From: Candidatus Zixiibacteriota bacterium | GTDB lineage: Bacteria > Zixibacteria > MSB-5A5 > GN15 > JAAZOE01 | Assembly (NCBI GenBank): GCA_036480375.1 | Contig: JAZGGI010000008.1 | Span: 3,835 to 67,834 of the forward strand | DNA length: 64,000 nucleotides | Reading direction: 5' to 3' | In this document: positions 45,579-54,811 of the stretch, piece by piece | Numbering within the stretch: position 1 is the stretch's first letter | How the letters are laid out: every line of letters starts with the position of its first letter | Position numbers and translations under genes: made by a program | The notes under the pieces: model-generated | What the model was told of the DNA's origin: nothing | The model's input: only the letters and a program-made list of their open reading frames with translations | The model's database searches: none

Positions 45579-47807
45579 CTACTCTACACATCCCAATTGA
45601 GGAGCCAGACCGTCTCTAAAGACATGATTTATCAGGTAAACCGCGTCACCTATATTAATGGCGCAATCGGCGTTGGTATCCGCCCAATTTGGCTTTGCGG
45701 GAGGCGGCCCTGATTTGAATACAAGATTAATCAGAAATACGGCATCGCCGACATTTACGTCTCCATCATCATTGGCGTCGCCCGGTCGGTCGAGAATGGC
45801 ATCCGTAACTATAATTGTAAACTCCGTTGTGTCCTGCAACTCGGAATTATAAGCATCTACGGCATATATGCTGAAATCATATTCACCCATTTCTATCGGA
45901 AATCCGGAAATTATTCCCGTTTCAGGATCAAACTCAAGGCCCGGAGGTAGACTACCGGATAATATTTCAGAGGTATAAGCGTCATTAACGCTTAAAATAG
46001 AAATCGTATCCTCATAGTTGCCGTTTATTGAAGCTTCCGATAAAGAATCGGCAAATACGCGAATGCCCCAGAATTCCTGGGTAACCTCACGCAATATCCA
46101 TTTTTTAGGATCGAGTTCAATTGAATTCACAGCTTCATCGGTATGAAAATAAAAAACCTGTTCCCGTCGATTATTAAATACAGTTATAGTATCAGTTGCT
46201 TCTGTCCTTTCCAGATGAACATCAATCGGCATGGAGAATACCAAAGGATCGGTTTCCTGAGTTTGCTCGACATACAAATAATGAATATACCCCCCTTCAG
46301 GGTCAGAGCGAGAATAAGGGGCAATAGTATATTCCGGAAAATAAATTCCATAAATCCATTGCTCGAAGAAATAATCCAGATCGATACCGCAGGTTGTTTC
46401 GACTACCGCTTGAAAATCCTCGGTTGAGGCAGAGCCCCATTTATATTGCTGGCGATAATTATTCAGCGATTGGAAAAACAATTCTTCACCGACAATATGA
46501 CGGAGCATATGTAACACCCACGCGCCCTTATCATAAACAATCCGGCCAAAAATACTCCAGATATTAACCGTATCCTGAATATAAATACTGCCGCTTCCTT
46601 TGAATTCCATATAATCCATATAAGTATGGTAGTATTCTTTCCCGTAAACGACTTCATGGTATAATGCTTCCGAATACGAAGCGAACCCCTCATTTATCCA
46701 GATATGGTGCCAATCACTACAGGTAATCTCGTCTCCCCACCACTGATGAGCCAACTCATGTGTAATGATATTGTCAGAATAAGCCCATTGTGAGGCCTGA
46801 GTAGAAGTATTAGTCTGATGTTCCATCGCTCCGCCCCAGTCAAAATGAGAGCAACCATATTTTTCATTTCGATAAGGATATTCTCCGAAAAAATCCTCGA
46901 ATATCGCCAGCGCGTTGGGCATAATCGCGAAATATAGTTTTGAGTCTTCAACATGATCGTCAAAAACATAATAATGCAACGGCACCACTCCGACCCCATA
47001 ATCATACTCATCGTACCAGACCGAATATGGATGCATCGCCAGCGATACCAGGTACGGCACAATCGGATACCGTTCTTTCCAATAAGCAGTGTGAGTTCCA
47101 TCCCCGTTATCTACATCCGATACCATAAGACCATTTGAGGAAATAACAAGTGATGTATCAGCCGTAATAATAATATCGGCCGAATCGGCCTTGTCAGTTG
47201 TGATATCATTGCAGGGCCACCAGTCACGAGAACCAAAAGGTTGAGACAATGTTGTTATAAGAGGTAATCCAAATCTTTCTGTAAATTGAAATCCCTGCAA
47301 TCCTCCCATCTGCAACGGCTCACCATGATAGACAACCGTAAATTTGAATTCTTCGTCAAAGAAATAATCTCTTTCGAGATATACCGTCAGCAAATCTTCA
47401 TTATGCGTGAATTCCAGATTTCCGGAATTATTAAATATTGAATCAACGTCCATGTTATAGCGCAAATCGACAACAATACTATCCAAAGAACCGGCTTGAA
47501 TTCTACCATGAATACCCACAACACCATCAATCGACTGAATATCATAATAAATTGTTATATCGATGCTGTAAAACGTAATATCATACTCCTGCCAGTTGGA
47601 TAAAGCCATCAAGGCCCGATCTTTTTCAACCTGCTTGACCTTTAATAGGTGCGGCCTTAATTCGTTCTCCCAAAGCCACTTATGTGTTTCTGCCGGAGTG
47701 TAATCATTGGGTGATTTCTCGGAATTGCCTGGAATTTCACTTTCTTGCGACCAAACTCCTGCCCCCAGGAATCCTGAAATCAAAATAAGCACTAACAATC
47801 TCTTCAC
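45579..47807 (-). CDS. Secreted M1-family zinc aminopeptidase with an Ig-like module and two C-terminal dockerin-like repeats
   Basis: It has WGGAMEHQ (GAMEN-like), HELAHQWWG...WINEGFASY, LPPGLEFDPETGIISG and GDANDDGDVNVGDAVFLINLVF...NADCAINIGDAVYLINHVF. The GTG start sits behind GGAGAA. Confidence 0.9.
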   Translation of the reverse strand: MKRLLVLILISGFLGAGVWSQESEIPGNSEKSPNDYTPAETHKWLWENELRPHLLKVKQVEKDRALMALSNWQEYDITFYSIDITIYYDIQSIDGVVGIHGRIQAGSLDSIVVDLRYNMDVDSIFNNSGNLEFTHNEDLLTVYLERDYFFDEEFKFTVVYHGEPLQMGGLQGFQFTERFGLPLITTLSQPFGSRDWWPCNDITTDKADSADIIITADTSLVISSNGLMVSDVDNGDGTHTAYWKERYPIVPYLVSLAMHPYSVWYDEYDYGVGVVPLHYYVFDDHVEDSKLYFAIMPNALAIFEDFFGEYPYRNEKYGCSHFDWGGAMEHQTNTSTQASQWAYSDNIITHELAHQWWGDEITCSDWHHIWINEGFASYSEALYHEVVYGKEYYHTYMDYMEFKGSGSIYIQDTVNIWSIFGRIVYDKGAWVLHMLRHIVGEELFFQSLNNYRQQYKWGSASTEDFQAVVETTCGIDLDYFFEQWIYGIYFPEYTIAPYSRSDPEGGYIHYLYVEQTQETDPLVFSMPIDVHLERTEATDTITVFNNRREQVFYFHTDEAVNSIELDPKKWILREVTQEFWGIRVFADSLSEASINGNYEDTISILSVNDAYTSEILSGSLPPGLEFDPETGIISGFPIEMGEYDFSIYAVDAYNSELQDTTEFTIIVTDAILDRPGDANDDGDVNVGDAVFLINLVFKSGPPPAKPNWADTNADCAINIGDAVYLINHVFRDGLAPQLGCVE

Positions 47808-47888
47808 TATCTTCTCCGGGATAATTTAATCCAACAACCTATTCAAATAAGTACGATACCTATAAGGCGGTGAGGAGTATCCTGCCAC

Positions 47889-47916
47889 AATATACTCTCA
47901 ATTTTACAATCGTCAA
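47889..47916 (-). promoter_or_regulatory. Candidate promoter of the M1 aminopeptidase gene
   Basis: The minus strand reads TTGACG, a 16-nt spacer, then TATATT. Confidence 0.35.
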
Positions 47917-47986
47917 GAGCCAATATATTCTGAAGAGCAACGACTTTTTTTTTATCAAAGGAATTACGCTGCAGTCACGCATAATT

Positions 47987-49204
47987 TTATTTGGCTTTCC
48001 TCAATTCAATAATCGGCGCTTCAGCCGGACAGCCCAATCGAAAAGGAAACCAATGTCCCACTCCGGAAGATGTATATAACTTTCTATTTCCTTTTTCGTA
48101 CAAACCCCAAAGGTAGGTGTTTTCTGAAATCAATTCAAACGCCGATTGGCCATAAATACCTAACTGTCCGCCGTGAGTATGCCCCGCCAACGTTAAATTA
48201 ATGCCGAATTTCTCAGCCAGGTTAAACCCTTTGGGACGGTGACTGAGAAGTAGCTTAAAAGCGCCGTCGGGCGCGTTTTTAACCGCGCTGGTAATAGTGG
48301 CCTGCAAAAACCCGCTAATATCGCCCCGCATAAACATCGGGTCATCCGCCCCCGCCAAATAAATAATTGCGTTTCCAACCGGAATCGAAATACCATTATC
48401 CTTCAATAGTAAAACATTACTCTTATCAAAGGCCCGCCTTACATGCGTGATTCCGCGAAAATACTCATGATTGCCAAGGCAGGCATATACTCCATATGGA
48501 GTTTTTAACTGCCCGAGAATATCCAAAACACTCTTATATAATTCAATTCTATCTGACAGATCACCGGTGGCGACAATCATATCCGGAGAAAATTTGCTGG
48601 CCGCCTCTATTACCTCTTCGACATCTTCCAGATGACGGTAATATCCGATATGAATGTCGGAAATTTGTAGAATTTTGAATCCGTCCAAACCATCAGCCAA
48701 ATCATCAAAAAATATCGATTTCTTATAGACATCAATATCGGTGAATGAACCGCCCACGCCAGAAACACCGGCGCCCAAAGCCACCGTTGGAGCGATTACC
48801 GCAGCATAATTCAAAAACTTCCTTCGTGAGATTTGCTTCTGATTTATTTCTAATGTCTTATCAACCGCCGGCTCGGCTCGTTTCTTTTGACGCCGTTCCC
48901 AGATATCATGGATAAAATTGATTATTCCCGAAACCGGCAAAGACAATAGTAAGGCCGATATCAATACCAGTGATAGGGCGCTCAATGCCGCCGCGATAAA
49001 CATTAACGGCTTGATGAAAAAATATATCCCCAGCATCCAGATGCCGATAAAGACCACCCCCAGAATCGGAAGCGTATATGAAAAAATCCTGACGAATCGA
49101 TACTGCCACCACCGGCGGTTGAACACTTTGAAAAAGATAATTTCCAACCCGGATAATATCATCAGCATGATAACGGCGGCGATTGCGGGGAATAATTCTG
49201 CCAT
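47987..49204 (-). CDS. Membrane-anchored metallophosphoesterase (calcineurin-like)
   Basis: It has N-terminal TM helices followed by ISDIHIG, TGDLSD, GNHEY and GHTHGG. Confidence 0.8.
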   Translation of the reverse strand: MAELFPAIAAVIMLMILSGLEIIFFKVFNRRWWQYRFVRIFSYTLPILGVVFIGIWMLGIYFFIKPLMFIAAALSALSLVLISALLLSLPVSGIINFIHDIWERRQKKRAEPAVDKTLEINQKQISRRKFLNYAAVIAPTVALGAGVSGVGGSFTDIDVYKKSIFFDDLADGLDGFKILQISDIHIGYYRHLEDVEEVIEAASKFSPDMIVATGDLSDRIELYKSVLDILGQLKTPYGVYACLGNHEYFRGITHVRRAFDKSNVLLLKDNGISIPVGNAIIYLAGADDPMFMRGDISGFLQATITSAVKNAPDGAFKLLLSHRPKGFNLAEKFGINLTLAGHTHGGQLGIYGQSAFELISENTYLWGLYEKGNRKLYTSSGVGHWFPFRLGCPAEAPIIELRKAK

Positions 49205-49336
49205 AATTCTACAAGTTACACTTTCTCATATTTTGTTCAATGAATTATACGCAGAAAAATGATACTTAGGCGGTTGAAATTGAAATTAAACCGGAATAAA
49301 CCCGAACCTTATTTTTGGCCGCCAATCCAGGCCGCT

Positions 49337-49906
49337 TTATTTAAGCTCGTGCTCCGGTTTTTCCTGTTTAACCCAACGCAGATTATCCGGATCATATACA
49401 TAAAAATCCTGATTGGTATCGAAGCAGGTAATGTCTTTGATGCGCGCCGTTTTTGAATCCACATTCACAAACGCGTTTTCGGTCAATTCATTAGGCGCTT
49501 CCACTTCTCTGATAAAACTGCCCACCGTGCCGGGCATTTCCTTAAAACACCGTTTGAGATTCGAATACTCCATTCCGCTGGCGGCAATATGCGTCTGGCG
49601 CGCGTATATTTTCTTGTCGGATGTGACGCATAATGAGCAATTACAAACATTGTCATTGATCCGATAAAATTCTACCAGCAAATCAATAAATTGATCAATG
49701 GTATCGCTCAGGTACTTTAGATGTGTCGATGGAATCGTTAGAATTATCCCAATCGGCCGTCCCCCCGGCATTGGTCGTTTGCCGATTTTCTTGATACGGA
49801 CCGGCAATCCCGCAATCTGCGAATCCTGCAATTTGTTTTCGAAATCATCCGGAAGCGAACCGACGCCGTTTAGTATTTGAATTGTAACATATTCAGAAGA
49901 ATGCAT
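49337..49906 (-). CDS. Hypothetical protein
   Basis: This 189-aa ORF is on the same strand as its neighbours. I recognise no motif. Confidence 0.45.
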   Translation of the reverse strand: MHSSEYVTIQILNGVGSLPDDFENKLQDSQIAGLPVRIKKIGKRPMPGGRPIGIILTIPSTHLKYLSDTIDQFIDLLVEFYRINDNVCNCSLCVTSDKKIYARQTHIAASGMEYSNLKRCFKEMPGTVGSFIREVEAPNELTENAFVNVDSKTARIKDITCFDTNQDFYVYDPDNLRWVKQEKPEHELK

Positions 49907-50075
49907 ATTCCCCCTGCCTTTTTTCCTGGTACCTGTGCCTAATCAGTCTATCGACAGATAGCCTTTCAACTTAATCGACACGTAGAAAGAAAAGAACATT
50001 AAAGGCGAGGTCATTCATCACCAGTTTAATCTTCCGGATTGAGTTCTGAGCGATAGCGAATAACCCAACAAATAC

Positions 50076-50723
50076 CTAATCCTTCATCTTCTCGATGTCC
50101 TCATTGGTGCCAATCACAAGCAATAAATCATTTTCAGTGATCAAGTAATCGCCTCCGGGAATATGATCAAACGTCCCCGCTTCCAGATCGCGCACGGCAA
50201 TGATCTGAACGTTATACCTCGCGCGAACATCCAATTCGCGAAGCGTTTTGCCGATAAAATTTTTGGGAGGCTTCAGTTCGACAACAAAATAATCGCCCGT
50301 CAAAGGCAGGAAATCCAGAAGATTTGACTGCGCCATCGAATTGGCCAGCCGGAACGCCATCTGCTTTTCGGGAATAATCGCTTCTGATGCTCCGACTTTG
50401 GTTAATATCCGGGCATGATCGTCGGAGTTGGCCTTGACAATTATCCGTTTGGCTTTGAGTTCCTTTAAATGCAGAGTGATAAGTATCGAGGCATGCGAAT
50501 CCTGTCCGGTGGAAACGACAAAACAATCAAATTTCTCGACTTCGATTTTCTCCAGAAACGCCCGCCGAGTAGCATCGGCGACGATCGCCACCATATCATC
50601 CTGAATCGACTGGACCGCCGTTTCATCGGAATCTATCGCCGTCACCTGGCATTTTAATTTTTTTAATTCCTGCGCTACCGTCGCGCCGAAATTTCCCAAT
50701 CCTATTACGGCAAACTCTTTCAT
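50076..50723 (-). CDS. trkA: K+ transport system NAD-binding subunit (TrkA/KtrA type)
   Basis: It has the Rossmann motif VIGLGNFG and a C-terminal RCK_C-like region. It lies 6 nt downstream of trkH. Confidence 0.85.
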   Translation of the reverse strand: MKEFAVIGLGNFGATVAQELKKLKCQVTAIDSDETAVQSIQDDMVAIVADATRRAFLEKIEVEKFDCFVVSTGQDSHASILITLHLKELKAKRIIVKANSDDHARILTKVGASEAIIPEKQMAFRLANSMAQSNLLDFLPLTGDYFVVELKPPKNFIGKTLRELDVRARYNVQIIAVRDLEAGTFDHIPGGDYLITENDLLLVIGTNEDIEKMKD

Positions 50724-50729
50724 ACTTTC

Positions 50730-52070
50730 CTATCCTATCATTACCGATTCGCCGGCATAAACAATCTCACCCGGCTCAGCCGGACGAGCCAATGAAAACG
50801 CCAGTGTCAATAGCCCCACCCGGCCGATAAACATCAAGACTATGATTATCAATTTCCCCGTTACGGTCGCATGTCCGGTGATACCCAGAGATAACCCGAC
50901 CGTCCCGAAAGCCGAAACAACTTCAAATAAATTATCGACAAACCATCCCTGACTCAACTGATGCGGTTGCGGCCTCTGCTCCGCCAGCATCAAAAGCGCG
51001 AACATGACAACTATTATCAGACTCGCCAACAGAGTTGCCGTCAAAGCCCGCCTGATTGAATCATTATCAATCGACCGTTTAAACACCGGTATCGATTTGC
51101 GTCCTCTGAATCTGTTATATACCAAAAGTAAAATCACCGCCCCCGTTGTTGTTTTGATACCTCCCCCGGTAGAGCCGGGACACGCTCCGATAAACATCAA
51201 AATCAGCGTAACAAGCAAGCCCACTTCAGTCAAATTCACCTGGGGTATGGCATTAAATCCGGCCGTCCGGCACGTCACCGCTTGAAAAAAAGCGTTAGAC
51301 AGACTATCAATAAAAGACATATCTCCAAAGCTGTTATTATATTCAATCGCAAAAAAAATAATAGTGCCGGCGCCAAGCAATATCGCCGTCACACTCAAAC
51401 ATAATTTGGCGTGTAATGATAACATACTTCTAAATCTAAATAATCGCGAAAAAATCTCTCCAATAACAATGAAACCAAGTCCACCAATGATTATAAGTAA
51501 TGAAAAAACTCCGAGTATATACAGATTCCCGTTATACGATTCGAGACTATTGGGGAAAGTCGAAAATCCGGCGTTGCAGAATGCCGAGACGGAATGAAAT
51601 ATTGAGTAAAAAACCGCCACATCCGATGGAAATTCCTGGCTGAACTGAGCATATAATGCCACCGCCCCTAAACCTTCAATCGCAATCGTCGTTAATATTA
51701 TTGCCGCCAGAATCGTCCCGGTTCGAGTCCAGTTGCCGAAATTCTCGAATATCCCTATCCGATCATAAAACGATACTCGCGCCCCCATCATCATCAGAAG
51801 CGACGTCGCGAATGTCATTATCCCCAGTCCGCCGAGTTGAATTAAAACCAAAATCACGATCTGACCGAAAAAAGAAAAATCAGAACCGGTATCGAGCACC
51901 GTCAATCCGGTAACGCATACCGCCGATGTCGATGTAAAAAAAGCATCTATGAGACCAATCGAATCCCCTGCCGAACTGATCGGCAGATACAAAAATATCG
52001 TCCCGACAACTATCGTCGCCGCGAAATAAATTATAACTTTCCGCCCCGGACGGGCCCCAATAAGTTCCAT
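50730..52070 (-). CDS. trkH: K+ transporter membrane subunit (TrkH/KtrB type)
   Basis: It is polytopic with repeated selectivity-filter-like segments (TGLT, NAGFS, RTAGFN, TVGLS). Confidence 0.85.
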   Translation of the reverse strand: MELIGARPGRKVIIYFAATIVVGTIFLYLPISSAGDSIGLIDAFFTSTSAVCVTGLTVLDTGSDFSFFGQIVILVLIQLGGLGIMTFATSLLMMMGARVSFYDRIGIFENFGNWTRTGTILAAIILTTIAIEGLGAVALYAQFSQEFPSDVAVFYSIFHSVSAFCNAGFSTFPNSLESYNGNLYILGVFSLLIIIGGLGFIVIGEIFSRLFRFRSMLSLHAKLCLSVTAILLGAGTIIFFAIEYNNSFGDMSFIDSLSNAFFQAVTCRTAGFNAIPQVNLTEVGLLVTLILMFIGACPGSTGGGIKTTTGAVILLLVYNRFRGRKSIPVFKRSIDNDSIRRALTATLLASLIIVVMFALLMLAEQRPQPHQLSQGWFVDNLFEVVSAFGTVGLSLGITGHATVTGKLIIIVLMFIGRVGLLTLAFSLARPAEPGEIVYAGESVMIG

Positions 52071-52220
52071 TAAAACTCTCTAAGCTGACTTATTTAAATT
52101 GCCAATTCAATAGATTAGAACTTTATCACATCGATTGTCAATTAGATTATTTATATCTGGTTCGCCTCAATGCGCAAATTCAGCTTGAGTTATTCTCAAT
52201 CGAATCATCGAGATTAATAT

Positions 52221-52249
52221 TTGACAATTATTTAAATACATGATATTCT
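52221..52249 (+). promoter_or_regulatory. Candidate promoter placed for a leaderless hydrolase mRNA
   Basis: TTGACA, a 17-nt spacer, then TATTCT. The -10 hexamer ends 6 nt before the ATG at 52256, and there is no SD. Confidence 0.3.
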
Positions 52250-52255
52250 GGTAAA

Positions 52256-53047
52256 ATGAAAAACTATAGATTATATGGAAAACCGCCTTTTGAAGTCGCG
52301 GTTATTCATGGCGGCCCCGGTGCACCAGGTGAGATGGCTCCGGTGGCGCGTGAATTGGCATCCACTCGCGGAGTCATGGAACCGTTTCAAACAGCCACAT
52401 CGATTCAGGATCAGATAGATGAATTAAAAACTGTTTTGGAAAACAAAGGCGATCTTCCGGTTACCTTAATAGGTTTTTCGTGGGGTGCATGGCTCAGTTA
52501 TATATTTGCCGCCCATAATCCAATCATTGTAAAAAAACTGATTCTCGTCGGTAGCGGTCCTTTTGAACAAAAATACGCCGAAGGACTTATGGATACCAGA
52601 CTCAATCGCCTGGGTAAGGAAGACAAAATCAGGGTAAAATCCATATTAAAGATTCTAAATAATCCGGAAAGTGAAAACAAAAATGAGTCATTTACTCTGC
52701 TCGGAGAATTGCTATCCAGGGCCGATACCTATAATCCGATTGATGATTATTTCAACGAATCCGAAATAATTGAATGTCAATCGGAGATATTTCAACGCGT
52801 TTGGAATGAAGCCGTGGAGCTGAGAAGTAGTGGAACACTTTTAGAAATTGGAAAACACATCAAATGTCCGATTGTCGCAATCCACGGCGACTATGATCCT
52901 CATCCGGCTGAAGGCGTCGAAAAACTCTTATCGCCAATCATCAATAACTTTCGATTCATTCTTCTTAAAAACTGTGGCCATAAGCCCTGGATTGAACAGG
53001 AAGCAAAAAGTAAATTCTTTGACATCCTATATGAAGAACTATCTTAG
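52256..53047 (+). CDS. Alpha/beta-fold hydrolase
   Basis: It has HGGPG near the N-terminus, the nucleophile elbow GFSWGA and a C-terminal GHKPW. Confidence 0.75.
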   Translation: MKNYRLYGKPPFEVAVIHGGPGAPGEMAPVARELASTRGVMEPFQTATSIQDQIDELKTVLENKGDLPVTLIGFSWGAWLSYIFAAHNPIIVKKLILVGSGPFEQKYAEGLMDTRLNRLGKEDKIRVKSILKILNNPESENKNESFTLLGELLSRADTYNPIDDYFNESEIIECQSEIFQRVWNEAVELRSSGTLLEIGKHIKCPIVAIHGDYDPHPAEGVEKLLSPIINNFRFILLKNCGHKPWIEQEAKSKFFDILYEELS

Positions 53048-53115
53048 TAGAAGTAGGTCGGATTCCGAATGAGCATAGTCCGTAGGGTGGCATCCCCGTG
53101 ATTTCGCCAGCCAAC

Positions 53116-53469
53116 CTACGCAAACATCGGCTGAGCTTCATCTTTGAATAATATCACTAATGCATAAATCCCCAACGCCGTCCCCAAGGGCGGATCAAAA
53201 ATATGCAAAACCGACAAAACAATCACCAGAATTCGCGCCCAGCTTTTCCGGTACAACAATCCCCATCCACCGATTATACTTGGGATGCCGGTTATCACTC
53301 CCAGCATTAGCATAAACGAACCGATAAACGTCAGAATCCCCTGTGCTTCATAATCACCGGCTACAACCCCGATCCCGGCCATGAATACGAATATTGAGAA
53401 ACAGATTAAAAATGACATCGCTCCGAATACGATATATAAAACCCCAATAACTTTGATATGCTTTTCCAT
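53116..53469 (-). CDS. Small membrane protein (about 4 TM), function unknown
   Basis: It is 117 aa and strongly hydrophobic, with GGAGG upstream of the ATG. Confidence 0.5.
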   Translation of the reverse strand: MEKHIKVIGVLYIVFGAMSFLICFSIFVFMAGIGVVAGDYEAQGILTFIGSFMLMLGVITGIPSIIGGWGLLYRKSWARILVIVLSVLHIFDPPLGTALGIYALVILFKDEAQPMFA

Positions 53470-53523
53470 AAGTCAGCCTCCTTGTTTTATCTTTACGAAA
53501 ATATCATGCGATTGGATACAAAA

Positions 53524-53550
53524 AAATGGGTTTGTTTCCTCAGATTAACG
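53524..53550 (-). repeat. 27-bp exact repeat, copy 2 (reverse complement of 4101-4127)
   Basis: It reads AAATGGGTTTGTTTCCTCAGATTAACG. It lies 101 nt upstream of the integrase ATG and 55 nt upstream of the divergent membrane-protein gene. Confidence 0.9.
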
Positions 53551-53596
53551 CGTATTATTTTTCTAACAATATCTTCTCTTGTGATACAATAAGTTA

Positions 53597-53625
53597 TTGA
53601 CATTTTATTCTCCGTTATTTATATT
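53597..53625 (+). promoter_or_regulatory. Candidate promoter of the integrase gene
   Basis: TTGACA, a 17-nt spacer, then TATATT, about 27 nt before the ATG. AAGGAG is the SD at 53641-53646. Confidence 0.4.
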
Positions 53626-53651
53626 TTCTAACATATTTCTAAGGAGTGTGC

Positions 53652-54782
53652 ATGGCTAGTATCCATTTTAAGAAGAGAAAAGACGGTAGCAAAACTTATT
53701 ATGTGGTGGTTTGCAGGCCAGGTGGCCATAAGTGGATTAAGGGAGGATCGCTCAAAGATGCCAAAATCTTGAAAAAAGAGATTGAATCTTTGGAAAAATC
53801 TGAAAGGATTGAGAAGTTGGGACTTGTAAGCGAGAGGAAGCGCATTGATGCTTTCTTTCAGGAATATGCGGATTATGTGCGCTTGAGAACTGCACCCAGT
53901 ACTGTTAGGCGGTATCTTACGGTGGAAAATACTTTTATCATTTTTCTGAAGATGTTTCACCCTAATATCAGGCTTCTCGTGCAGATTACGCCTGAGATTA
54001 TTGAATCATATCAAGTACAACGATTAAGGTCTATTGAATTGAAAAGTTCAGCGGATGGAGATAAACCTGGGGTTCATAGAAAAAAGCGCTTACCCCTTCC
54101 TCAAACAGTAAACACCGAAGTCATAGTGTTGGGTTCAGCATTTATTTGGGCTCATAGCCGAGAACTAATTCCTACAGTACCAACCAAAAAAGTAAAACCG
54201 CTTCGAGCTAAGCTAAAAAGAAAAGTTAGACTTCTCGATTCAAAAGAATGCAAACATTTTTTGAGAACTGCACGGCTAATGGCCAGAGATAATAATCGGC
54301 TCAAAGTATTTTATTTGATTTTCAAATTCTTACTCAATACAGGTCTGCGATCAGGAGAATTATGCAATTTAACCTGGGATGATGTTAATCTTGAAACCGG
54401 CTTGATAAAAATTCAGCCAAAAGAAGGCTGGACACCAAAAACATATTCCAGAGAGTTTTTTCTAAATGAACATTCAATTAAAATCCTAAAACGAATCGGT
54501 CAATCAGAAGGACTGATATTCAGAACCAAAACTGGAAAACAACTCGATACCGATGATATACGACGAGCATTAATAAAAATAGGCAAAGAAGCGGATTTTA
54601 ATGACCTAACCAAAGTTCATGACCTCAGACATACATTCAATTCATTGATGCAGATGAACGGGGTTGATCCAGCCACAATGAGCAAAATACTTGGCCATAG
54701 GGACATTAAAACAACCATGATCTATACACATCAGACCACCGACCATTTAAAGAAGAGTATTGAGAAGATTGGGATAAAGTGA
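53652..54782 (+). CDS. Tyrosine recombinase / phage-type integrase
   Basis: It has the catalytic-domain motifs LLNTGLRSGE, HDLRHTF and LGHRDIKTTMIYTH. The start was moved to ATG 53652 behind AAGGAG. Confidence 0.9.
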   Translation: MASIHFKKRKDGSKTYYVVVCRPGGHKWIKGGSLKDAKILKKEIESLEKSERIEKLGLVSERKRIDAFFQEYADYVRLRTAPSTVRRYLTVENTFIIFLKMFHPNIRLLVQITPEIIESYQVQRLRSIELKSSADGDKPGVHRKKRLPLPQTVNTEVIVLGSAFIWAHSRELIPTVPTKKVKPLRAKLKRKVRLLDSKECKHFLRTARLMARDNNRLKVFYLIFKFLLNTGLRSGELCNLTWDDVNLETGLIKIQPKEGWTPKTYSREFFLNEHSIKILKRIGQSEGLIFRTKTGKQLDTDDIRRALIKIGKEADFNDLTKVHDLRHTFNSLMQMNGVDPATMSKILGHRDIKTTMIYTHQTTDHLKKSIEKIGIK

Positions 54783-54811
54783 TTAGTATTTAAAACTATT
54801 TCTTGGGATAA

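Noticed and set aside
46463-47101. Two minus-strand ORFs (76 and 135 aa) in another frame of the M1 aminopeptidase region. I considered whether they mark a frameshifted pseudogene.
   Set aside because: The 742-aa frame is continuous and carries all M1 motifs in order. The extra ORFs are alternative-frame noise.
52071-52255. A possible c-di-AMP (ydaO-type) or other riboswitch in the leader of trkH-trkA.
   Set aside because: The region is AT-rich with no conserved ACGGGGA/CCCG-type pseudo-symmetric core or long-range pairings. It looks like an ordinary divergent promoter region.
4101-53550. The 49-kb segment between the inverted 27-mers as a prophage or integrative element.
   Set aside because: Its content is housekeeping (ribosomal proteins, tsf, pyrH, frr, dxr, aroC, miaB, ccm). 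It has no phage structural or conjugation genes, and direct rather than inverted repeats would be expected. I kept only the inversion or dual-target hypotheses.
53048-53651. An expected tRNA or tmRNA gene as the integration target next to the integrase.
   Set aside because: I found no cloverleaf-compatible sequence (no GTTCGAATC-type T-loop with an acceptor stem) in either intergenic region flanking the integrase. The only notable element is the 27-bp repeat.
53628-53960. A 110-aa minus-strand ORF overlapping the 5' part of the integrase gene.
   Set aside because: It is antisense to a gene with clear tyrosine-recombinase motifs, and it has no SD or motif.
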